From: Candidatus Omnitrophota bacterium
Lineage (GTDB): Bacteria; Omnitrophota; Gorgyraeia; Zapsychrales; JAHFFX01
NCBI GenBank assembly: GCA_023247725.1
Contig: JAHFFW010000004.1
Location: 19,921-83,920, forward strand
Length of the DNA stretch: 64,000 nt
Direction of reading: 5' to 3'
In this document: in pieces, positions 55,692-63,017 of the stretch
Position numbering within the stretch: the stretch's first letter is position 1
How the letters are laid out: the number at the start of each line of letters is the position of its first letter
Notes under the pieces: generated by a model
The model's input: the letters and a program-made list of their open reading frames with translations, nothing else
Databases searched by the model: none
Told to the model about the DNA's origin: nothing
Made by a program: the position numbers and the translations under genes

Positions 55692-56483
55692 ATGGATTGG
55701 GGAATGAAAAATCGGATGGCGCGGATTATCCAGCCAAAAACCGGCAAGGCCCTCATGCTCGCCGTGGATCATGGATATTTTTTGGGACCAACCTCAGGCC
55801 TGGAAGATTTGGGCAAAACGGTAGCGCCGTTATTACCCTATACTGATTCTCTGATGTTGACCCGAGGTGCCTTGCGGCAATGCATCAATGCGGCCACCAA
55901 CACGCCGATCGTGCTAAGAGTTTCGGGTGGTAACTCCGTTCTCGAAGAGGATCTTTCCGATGAGGACTTGACCGTCGATATCGAGGACGCCATTCGGTTG
56001 AATGCTTCGGCGATCACCATGTCGATTTATGTCGGTTCACCGCATCAACATCAGACGATTGTGAATTTGGCGAAAGCGGTTGATTGGGGACAAAAATTTG
56101 GGATCCCCGTTTTAGCGGTCACGGCCGTCGGCAAAGAGATGGCCCGGGACGAACGCTATCTGAGTTTGGCCTGCCGGATTGCCGCGGAGACGGGAGCCCA
56201 CATGGTTAAAACCTATTACTGTGAAGATTTCTCTAGGCTGGTCAAAAAAGTTCCGATCCCGGTCGTCGTTGCCGGGGGAAAAAAGATTCCCGAGAAAGAG
56301 GCCTTTGAGCTGACCTTTAAATCCATTCGTGAGGGAGCCGTCGGTGTGGATATGGGACGTAATATTTTTCAAGCCGAATCACCCGTCGCTATGATCCAAG
56401 CGGTGCGCTCCATTGTTCATGAGAACCATTCGGTCAAAAAGGCCTTGGAACTTTATCACGATCTTTTGTCCAAGAAGAACTAA
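55692..56483 (+). CDS. lsrF: LsrF-type 3-hydroxy-5-phosphonooxypentane-2,4-dione thiolase (class I aldolase fold)
   Basis: MDWGMKNR, MLAVDHGYFLGPTSGLE, VTAVGKEM.RD, VKTYY Lys, AGGKK, GVDMGRNIFQ. Confidence 0.9.
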   Translation: MDWGMKNRMARIIQPKTGKALMLAVDHGYFLGPTSGLEDLGKTVAPLLPYTDSLMLTRGALRQCINAATNTPIVLRVSGGNSVLEEDLSDEDLTVDIEDAIRLNASAITMSIYVGSPHQHQTIVNLAKAVDWGQKFGIPVLAVTAVGKEMARDERYLSLACRIAAETGAHMVKTYYCEDFSRLVKKVPIPVVVAGGKKIPEKEAFELTFKSIREGAVGVDMGRNIFQAESPVAMIQAVRSIVHENHSVKKALELYHDLLSKKN

Positions 56484-56505
56484 GGGTGTGGTTTTTGGTC
56501 ATTCG

Positions 56506-56928
56506 ATGGATGATCCGCTTAAGGAATTCAGAGTCCGGCATCAGTCCATTATTGAGGCGATTGACCGGATCCAGTTGGCCATACGGGACTACAACAAGGT
56601 CAGGCCCTTGGTTTATGATCTGCAGATCAAATGGTTTCACCATTTGGGCAGACAGGATCAGCTATTTTTTGCGCCCATTGCGGAATTCCATCGTTTAGAT
56701 CCCAAGGCATTAAAAATGCTGGGATTTCTCCAAGATGATTTAAGGGATATGAAAATCAAATCCCTAGTTTTTTTTGACCGCCATCCCGGACAAATGGGAG
56801 ACCTCCGTCAAAAAACTTTTATCACGGATTTTTCCTTATTTTCTAAAGAGGTCTTGGCTCGGATCGAGATTGAAGAAACCCAATTGATACCTCTCTTGGC
56901 TCACTGTGTGGAAGGGAAAAGACGCTGA
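56506..56928 (+). CDS. Hemerythrin-like (HHE) four-helix protein
   Basis: RHQSI, HHLGRQDQLFF, RIEIEETQLIP pattern; metal ligands partly degenerate. Confidence 0.55.
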   Translation: MDDPLKEFRVRHQSIIEAIDRIQLAIRDYNKVRPLVYDLQIKWFHHLGRQDQLFFAPIAEFHRLDPKALKMLGFLQDDLRDMKIKSLVFFDRHPGQMGDLRQKTFITDFSLFSKEVLARIEIEETQLIPLLAHCVEGKRR

Positions 56929-57030
56929 TCATCATTAACTCGTTGGGGTCTGCGGAAATAACCAATCATTCATCATTCTCTGAGGGGTTGAGCGATTGAT
57001 TATTCTTGACATTTTGTTATAATTGAGACC

Positions 57031-57450
57031 TTGATGTCCGGAACATTGCAAAAATTTTTTATTGGCCTCATGCTTTTGGTATTGGTCGGTTGTGGGCCTG
57101 CCATGGAAACCGCGAAAATCCTTTGGGGGTCCTCGACTCGCGCCTTGGAGGCTGCCCGGTCCAATGCTTTCCGACGGGATTTTTCTTGCGATCTTGATGC
57201 GTGTTATAAAGAAACCCTCAAAATTGCAGAATTAGAAAAATGGGAAATTTTTATTAAAAAAAGAAAAGAGCCAATGATCGTTGTGATGGGGATCAAAGGC
57301 GCGGTGGAAACAACGGAGGTGGGGATTTTCTTTAAGTCCATTTCTGCCGGCCGAGTGGAGATTGCGGTGACCTCTTTGAGTACGAATGCCAAGAGAACCG
57401 CAGCCGAAACTCTTTTTGCCGAATTAGCCAACACTTTTCCCGAACCCTAA
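57031..57450 (+). CDS. Hypothetical lipoprotein
   Basis: LVLVGC lipobox; TGTTATAAT at 57015-57023 immediately upstream. Confidence 0.7.
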   Translation: MMSGTLQKFFIGLMLLVLVGCGPAMETAKILWGSSTRALEAARSNAFRRDFSCDLDACYKETLKIAELEKWEIFIKKRKEPMIVVMGIKGAVETTEVGIFFKSISAGRVEIAVTSLSTNAKRTAAETLFAELANTFPEP

Positions 57451-57453
57451 GCC

Positions 57454-57777
57454 ATGTCCTTCGAAAAAGGCCAGCCGGATTTTTTGTCTGATCGTAAAGA
57501 TGTCATCCAGGTGGTCATCTTGTATAAACCGGAGGAAAAATTCCGGGTGAACTCACTGCAACGAGCGCTCGAAATGGCGGGTCGGGCCCTTAAAGTGAAT
57601 CTAGAGATCACTCGGACCAATGATTTTCCTGTCTATTCGGGTTACAATTTCAATCCAACGAATACTCCGGTGGTTTTTATTAATGGGAATTTGGAGTTTG
57701 TGAGTGCGGTTCCTCAAGTCAATTTGTTGAAGAAAAAACTTAAAGAGATTAAAGAACGGGGAAGTTTCCTGCTTTAA
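57454..57777 (+). CDS. Thioredoxin-fold (Thioredoxin_3-like) protein lacking CxxC
   Basis: TND...FNPTNTPVVFING.LEF...VP; contains no Cys. Confidence 0.6.
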   Translation: MSFEKGQPDFLSDRKDVIQVVILYKPEEKFRVNSLQRALEMAGRALKVNLEITRTNDFPVYSGYNFNPTNTPVVFINGNLEFVSAVPQVNLLKKKLKEIKERGSFLL

Positions 57778-57783
57778 GGGAGA

Positions 57784-58068
57784 GTGCTCGTGGCTCTTAA
57801 GATTGAAATCCTTGCCAAAGCCGAAGAAAAACCAAAAATGGAAGCCATCGCCAGCGCCATTCAGCAGGGCGCCAAGAATGTGAATGTTTCCGTACAAATC
57901 ATATTCACCAACGATTTCGGTTCCTTTGCCGGCCACTCCTTTAATCCCGCCCAAACGCCCATTGTCTTTATCGCCGGAAAACTCGAATTTTATGGCGGTG
58001 TCCCTCCCCTGTTAGCCATCCAGAAAAAACTCGTTGAGCTTCGCGATAAGGCAAGCCAGGGTTTTTAA
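57784..58068 (+). CDS. Thioredoxin-fold (Thioredoxin_3-like) protein lacking CxxC, paralog of the previous gene
   Basis: LKIEIL, TND...FNPAQTPIVFIAGKLEFYGGVP; contains no Cys. Confidence 0.6.
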   Translation: MLVALKIEILAKAEEKPKMEAIASAIQQGAKNVNVSVQIIFTNDFGSFAGHSFNPAQTPIVFIAGKLEFYGGVPPLLAIQKKLVELRDKASQGF

Positions 58069-58095
58069 AAGCTCGTAACAATAAGTTAAATCGCG

Positions 58096-58611
58096 ATGAT
58101 CGAACATGAATTGTTATTTTTGGGTTTACTGAAAGATGGGCCAAAACATGGCTACGAAATCAAACGGCTCATTGAGGAGGAATTATTTCCCTTTGTTGGG
58201 TTGAAGATTAAGTCCATTTATTATCCTTTAAAAAAGATGGAGCGCTTAGGCCTGGTCAATAAGGATGTCGGCCGGGAAGGCAAATGGCCGGAGAAATATA
58301 TTTATAGCATCACCCCGAAAGGAGAAAAGATCTTTGAACACCTGATTACAGAAAATTTTTTAACGATTGAGCGGCCTTATTTCAATATCGATCTCTCGTT
58401 GTACTTTCTGCCCTTCGTGGAGAAAAAGATTGCGCGCCGCCGGCTGAAAGCCAGAATCATTTTTCTCAAACGAATCATGCGCGATCTAGAAGCGCTGGAA
58501 AAGAATATCAAACCAAATACCCAGCATTTGCGGATCATCCTCTCACATGACATTGCTCTGGTAAACGCCGAGATTAATTCCCTTTCCAGTCTGATTGAGA
58601 CCTTGATTTAA
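58096..58611 (+). CDS. PadR family transcriptional regulator
   Basis: LGLL..GPKHGYEI, SIYYPLKKMERLGLV, YSITPKG, C-terminal dimerisation helices. Confidence 0.92.
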   Translation: MIEHELLFLGLLKDGPKHGYEIKRLIEEELFPFVGLKIKSIYYPLKKMERLGLVNKDVGREGKWPEKYIYSITPKGEKIFEHLITENFLTIERPYFNIDLSLYFLPFVEKKIARRRLKARIIFLKRIMRDLEALEKNIKPNTQHLRIILSHDIALVNAEINSLSSLIETLI

Positions 58612-58650
58612 TCCTTCCATTGTTTCGTTCAAAATCCCCCAGAATACTTC

Positions 58651-58699
58651 TTGACAAGAGGGAGTGCTGTAATAAAATCTTACTAGTAAAATTTTACTA
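58651..58699 (+). promoter_or_regulatory. Promoter with a palindromic operator at the predicted start site
   Basis: TTGACA-N16-TAAAAT followed by the perfect 16-bp palindrome TAGTAAAATTTTACTA (58684-58699). Confidence 0.65.
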
Positions 58700-58781
58700 T
58701 TTGCCTTAATAAGACAAAAACAGTTCATTTCATTAGAGATAGAAAGATTCCATCGTTTTATTTCCGACGAGATAACGGGAC

Positions 58782-60299
58782 ATGGACATTCAAAAGATCC
58801 TTTTAGCTGCAGCCGAGCGTTTTCCTCAGAAAGCCGCCCTTATATATAGGGAAGAGACGGTTTCCTTCCAGCAATTGCAGGAAATGGTTTTACAGGTGGC
58901 TAACGCGCTTTTACTTGAAGGCATTCAGAAGTCGGAGAAGATAGGGATCTTTCTACCAAATTGTCCGGAATATCTCTATTCCTATCTCGCCATTTTTTGC
59001 CTGGGCGCTGTCGGCATCCCCTTGGATTATATGCTTAAAATGGATGAGCTTATTTCCTGCCTACGGCATTCCGAGGCCACGGTTCTTATTGCTCAAACGA
59101 ACCCCGCTGTTTCTCTCGATGAACTCAAAAAAGCCGTGCCTTCATTGAAAACAATCATCCTCCTTGGTCCGCATTCAGGAAACTTTCATTCCTTTACAAA
59201 TCTTACCCGCCGCGCTCCTGCCCATCCAATTTCTATCACCACGACCGAGACTGATCCTGCATTGATCATGTATACCTCCGGAACTACCGGGAAGCCCAAA
59301 GGAATTCTATTGAATTATCGGCACTTGGAAGGTTCTCCCAGGGCCATGGAATATTTTGTTGATTTAACCGAAAGGGATGTTAAACTTTGTGCTCTGCCTT
59401 TGAGTCATGTTGGCGGTTTTATCTATATTCAGAATTGCATCATGTTCGGGATCACACTGATCCTTATGGATCGATTTAATCCCTTCGAATTCCTGGGGCT
59501 CATTGCGCGTTACCGGGTGACGTGTTTTCATATTGTCCCCGCCATGTACACGGCCATTCTCACCTTAAAACAGATTGAGAAATTTGATTTGTCTTCGTTA
59601 CGCTGGGTCGTGGTTTTTGGAGCGCCGGGCTCGCCGGATATCTTACAAAGGTTTCATCAGTACTGTCCGAATGCCCAACTGCTCAATGGCTGGGGAATGA
59701 CCGAGACCTGTCCGCCCAACACCGTTACGCCTTTAGGAAGTAACCGAATTGAAAGTGTCGGCAAACCTTCGCCGCATTGTGAAATCAAAATTTTCGATGA
59801 GGAGGACAAGGAGATTCCCGTCGGAAAGATTGGGGAAATCGTGATCCGCGGCTGGGTTGTTATGGAAGGTTACTATAAAGATCCGGAGGCAACCGCCATG
59901 GCCAAGCGTCATGGGTGGTTTCATACGGGAGACCTGGGCCGGTTTGATCAAGAAGGATTTCTCTATATCGTCGGACGCAAAAAGGAAATGATTAAAGTGG
60001 GCGGTCAGATTGTTTACGCCCCCGAGGTTGAATCGGCGTTTTATAAACATGAAGCCGTCGCTGAAGCCGCGGTCATTGGCGTGCCGGATCAATTGCGGGG
60101 TGAGGCCGTGAAGGCCTTTGTGGTTTTAAAAGAGAAGGGAAGTATTGCCAGCGAAGACTTGCGGTATTTTCTTCGGGACCATCTGGCGCATTTCAAGGTG
60201 CCGCAGTCGGTGGAAATCCGCGAGGCCCTGCCTAAGAATCGAACCGGAAAGGTTGACAAAGAGCTCCTTAAACAAGAAGCCCAATCCGTGGGTCAATAA
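58782..60299 (+). CDS. AMP-dependent acyl-CoA ligase (FadD-like)
   Basis: YTSGTTGKPKG, GWGMTE, TGDLG, GRKKEMI, PKNRTGK. Confidence 0.93.
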   Translation: MDIQKILLAAAERFPQKAALIYREETVSFQQLQEMVLQVANALLLEGIQKSEKIGIFLPNCPEYLYSYLAIFCLGAVGIPLDYMLKMDELISCLRHSEATVLIAQTNPAVSLDELKKAVPSLKTIILLGPHSGNFHSFTNLTRRAPAHPISITTTETDPALIMYTSGTTGKPKGILLNYRHLEGSPRAMEYFVDLTERDVKLCALPLSHVGGFIYIQNCIMFGITLILMDRFNPFEFLGLIARYRVTCFHIVPAMYTAILTLKQIEKFDLSSLRWVVVFGAPGSPDILQRFHQYCPNAQLLNGWGMTETCPPNTVTPLGSNRIESVGKPSPHCEIKIFDEEDKEIPVGKIGEIVIRGWVVMEGYYKDPEATAMAKRHGWFHTGDLGRFDQEGFLYIVGRKKEMIKVGGQIVYAPEVESAFYKHEAVAEAAVIGVPDQLRGEAVKAFVVLKEKGSIASEDLRYFLRDHLAHFKVPQSVEIREALPKNRTGKVDKELLKQEAQSVGQ

Positions 60300-60313
60300 G
60301 AAAGGGAAAGGAC

Positions 60314-61078
60314 ATGACGAACAAAGTACAAAGAATGACGCGCGACATCCACATGACCGGACAGGATTTGACCAATATGGTGCAGTTAAGGCCGACGGAC
60401 CTTGGCAAATATGCCATCGTGCCTGGACCGAAGGAGCGGCTGGACAATCTGGTCAAGAAATTGGAAAACCCGATCAAAAATTTCACGTTTATGGAATATT
60501 CCATGTTCACCGGCATGTATCAGGGAATTAAGATGACCGCCATGAACGGGGGGCGGTTTTCGGCGGATACCGCGATCACGACGGAACTCCTGTGCAACGC
60601 CCAGGCCAGGCACATGATCCGGATCGGGAGCTGCGGGGCCTTGAGCGATGAGATCAACATCGGTGACATCATTGTGGTCAATGGGGCCATCGCCGGCGAA
60701 GGCGTGACCCCTTATTATGTCCATAAGGATTTCAAGATTGAAACCGATAAGGCCTTGACCGAGGCGATCTATGCGGTGGCGCAAAAAAGCGGTCATCAAA
60801 TCCATCTCGGGAAAGTCTGGTCTACCGATGCCATTTTGCGGGAGACCAAAGAAAACGTCAATAACGCCATCGATCAGGGTGCGATTGCCGTCGATATGGT
60901 GTCATCCGTCTTTTTGACCCTGTGCCAGCTTTATGAAATTCCGGCAACGGTCATTCTGGCCGTGAGTGACAATATCATCACCGGCGAAATGGGATTCCTT
61001 TCGCCGAATTATTATATGGCGGAGAGTTCGTTGGTGACGATTGCGTTGAACCTGATAAAGAAACTGGAAGAAAAGTAA
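60314..61078 (+). CDS. Nucleoside phosphorylase-I family protein (uridine/purine phosphorylase-like), divergent
   Basis: IVPG...R, IRIGSCGAL, GDIIV, G.VWSTDA..RET, AVDM, AVSDN. Confidence 0.85.
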   Translation: MTNKVQRMTRDIHMTGQDLTNMVQLRPTDLGKYAIVPGPKERLDNLVKKLENPIKNFTFMEYSMFTGMYQGIKMTAMNGGRFSADTAITTELLCNAQARHMIRIGSCGALSDEINIGDIIVVNGAIAGEGVTPYYVHKDFKIETDKALTEAIYAVAQKSGHQIHLGKVWSTDAILRETKENVNNAIDQGAIAVDMVSSVFLTLCQLYEIPATVILAVSDNIITGEMGFLSPNYYMAESSLVTIALNLIKKLEEK

Positions 61079-61088
61079 ACGAGGGAGG

Positions 61089-61289
61089 ATGGCCATGAAA
61101 TTTCCGGTAACGGTGCATAAAAGTTCCTATGGCTACGATGTCCACTGTCCTCTTCTGCCGGGGTGTCATAGTCAGGGAGAAAGCATTGAAGAAGCCTTAG
61201 AGAATATCAAGGACGCCATTAAAACATATTTGGAAATGGTCGCTGACGAAGAAAAAGGCCAGCTTTATGAAGTTGAAGTAGGAGTCTGA
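61089..61289 (+). CDS. hicB: HicB family antitoxin (short, no DNA-binding domain)
   Basis: CPLLPGCHSQGESIEEALENIKDAI; GGGAGG SD. Confidence 0.9.
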   Translation: MAMKFPVTVHKSSYGYDVHCPLLPGCHSQGESIEEALENIKDAIKTYLEMVADEEKGQLYEVEVGV

Positions 61290-61498
61290 TGCTCTTTACG
61301 GATCTTTCTTCTGACCGTGTTGTTAAAGCTTTGACCAAAGCGGGTTTTAAAATTATTCGTCAGGGAAAACATATTGGCATGTCGAATGGCACTAAGTTCT
61401 TGGTGATCCCCCGTCATCCACGGATTAACCCTTATACATCGAAAGGGATTATTCGTGATGCCGGGTTAACGGAAGAACAGTTTAAGGAACTTATTTGA
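61289..61498 (+). CDS. hicA: HicA family toxin
   Basis: VVKALTKAGF..RQGKH, VIPRH, IIRDAGL; TGATG coupling to hicB. Confidence 0.88.
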   Translation: MLFTDLSSDRVVKALTKAGFKIIRQGKHIGMSNGTKFLVIPRHPRINPYTSKGIIRDAGLTEEQFKELI

Positions 61499-61573
61499 AA
61501 AAATCCTACCGAAAAGATATCTACAGCACCGTTTTTGTGAGACCTATGAAAAGATGCTAAAGGATCCTCGATT

Positions 61574-62551
61574 ATGAAAGAATCCCCTTTATTCTGGCCG
61601 GCCCAATTAAAAGGCCGGACTCTACTGGTCCTCGATGAGACATTGATCCCCAAGAAAATTCATTACATCAAAGTCAAAGGGACCAATGATGCGGTCCGGG
61701 TTATCCGCCAGATGAAAACCCGGGCCTTTGGCCAGTTTTTGGTTGTCTTCAATACATTCCTTTTGACACTTAAAACCTCATCGGAAACGTCCCAGGTCTT
61801 GATGAAAGAGATCAAAAAAACCGCGCAGGCCCTGAATAACAGCCGACCGACGTTTCCTTTTGGAGAGGTCACTGCGGTCGTCGTGAATTGGGCGCAAATC
61901 GCTTTGGATCATGGACAAGAACTTCCAGCGATGAAAAGGTTTCTCGAAAAAAATATTCAAGGATACCTCCAAGGAATTCGCCATCGCCGCCTTGCGCGAG
62001 TGGCACAGATCGCGTCAGTGATCGAAGATGGAGACCGAATCTTGACCCATTGCAATGTCAGCGGCGAATTGGCCATGGCGGCTCAGATTTGTCAGCAATC
62101 GAACAAACGTGTGCATTTTTTTGCCACCGAAACCCGCCCCTTTTTTCAAGGCACGAAGCTCACTTGCTGGGAATTGCAAAAGCTCGGCGCGAATGTGACC
62201 CTTGTGGCAGACAATGCCGTTGGATCGCTTTTGCAAGATGGTTTGGTTGACAAGGTGATTGTTGGGTCAGACCGGTCTTGCGCCAATGGCGACATCGCCA
62301 ACAAGATCGGAACATATCAGATTGCGGTTTTGGCTAAAGAATTCGGCGTGCCTTTTTTTGCCCTGACGCAACCCTCCACCCGGATTGCCCGCGGAGAAGA
62401 CATCCCGATCGAGATCCGTGACCCCCATGAGCTTTTGCAGTTTGGAAAACGAAAAATCGTGGCTGGAGGTGTCCGGGGTTTTTATCCAGGATTCGATGTG
62501 ACTCCTCGGGAATTGATCGGAAAATCCATTGCCATCCATGTCCAATCCTAA
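61574..62551 (+). CDS. mtnA: S-methyl-5-thioribose-1-phosphate isomerase-like (MtnA/eIF2B family), divergent
   Basis: SRPT, THCN, ETRPFFQG, DNA, IVGSDR..NGDIANKIGTY, IPIEIR, PGFDVTP. Confidence 0.85.
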   Translation: MKESPLFWPAQLKGRTLLVLDETLIPKKIHYIKVKGTNDAVRVIRQMKTRAFGQFLVVFNTFLLTLKTSSETSQVLMKEIKKTAQALNNSRPTFPFGEVTAVVVNWAQIALDHGQELPAMKRFLEKNIQGYLQGIRHRRLARVAQIASVIEDGDRILTHCNVSGELAMAAQICQQSNKRVHFFATETRPFFQGTKLTCWELQKLGANVTLVADNAVGSLLQDGLVDKVIVGSDRSCANGDIANKIGTYQIAVLAKEFGVPFFALTQPSTRIARGEDIPIEIRDPHELLQFGKRKIVAGGVRGFYPGFDVTPRELIGKSIAIHVQS

Positions 62552-63017
62552 GGAGCCGGTCCTTCTCATTCAAGGGGTTTTGGCGGAAAGATTTTTTGAC
62601 GAATTAAAAAAGCGTTCCACCGATCAGGTGTTTCTGATGGAAGGCCGTCCGACGCTGGAAGCGGCCACTCGAGGTTGCCGGCAACTTTTAAAACGACGGA
62701 TCACCCCGACCTTGATTTCCGACAATATGGCTGGTGTTCTTTTTTATAAAAATTTGGTGAAAGAAGTTTGGATGGCTTACCAGGATACGGATCAAGAGGG
62801 CGCGGTTTGCGATTCTGGGGCGCTCATTCTCGGCGTTTTGGCTAAGCGTCACGTCATTCCGGTTAAGCTTTTTCCGGCGCAGCGTAAGACGAGTTTTTTA
62901 GGAAGACCCGAGCAGCTTTTGTGTTTTCAAGGAACCCGCTTGGCGCCCAAAGGCATCAAGGCTTATGTGCCATTGGTAGAATGGGTGCCCGGAAAATACA
63001 TTTCGGAGATCCATTAG
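62538..63017 (+). CDS. Truncated MtnA/eIF2B-like protein (C-terminal domain only, catalytic motifs lost)
   Basis: EGRP, TLISDNMAG, LAKRHVIP, P.VEWVP..YIS align to the preceding gene; no THCN, GAD or NKIGT. Confidence 0.7.
   Translation: MSNPKEPVLLIQGVLAERFFDELKKRSTDQVFLMEGRPTLEAATRGCRQLLKRRITPTLISDNMAGVLFYKNLVKEVWMAYQDTDQEGAVCDSGALILGVLAKRHVIPVKLFPAQRKTSFLGRPEQLLCFQGTRLAPKGIKAYVPLVEWVPGKYISEIH

Noticed and set aside
55692-56483. AI-2 quorum-sensing (lsr) locus
   Set aside because: No lsrK, lsrG, lsrR or Lsr transporter genes in the window; only lsrF is present
57775-57786. Stop readthrough or selenocysteine fusing the two thioredoxin-fold ORFs
   Set aside because: The stop is TAA rather than TGA, and an AAGGGAG SD with GTG starts follows, so separate genes are simpler
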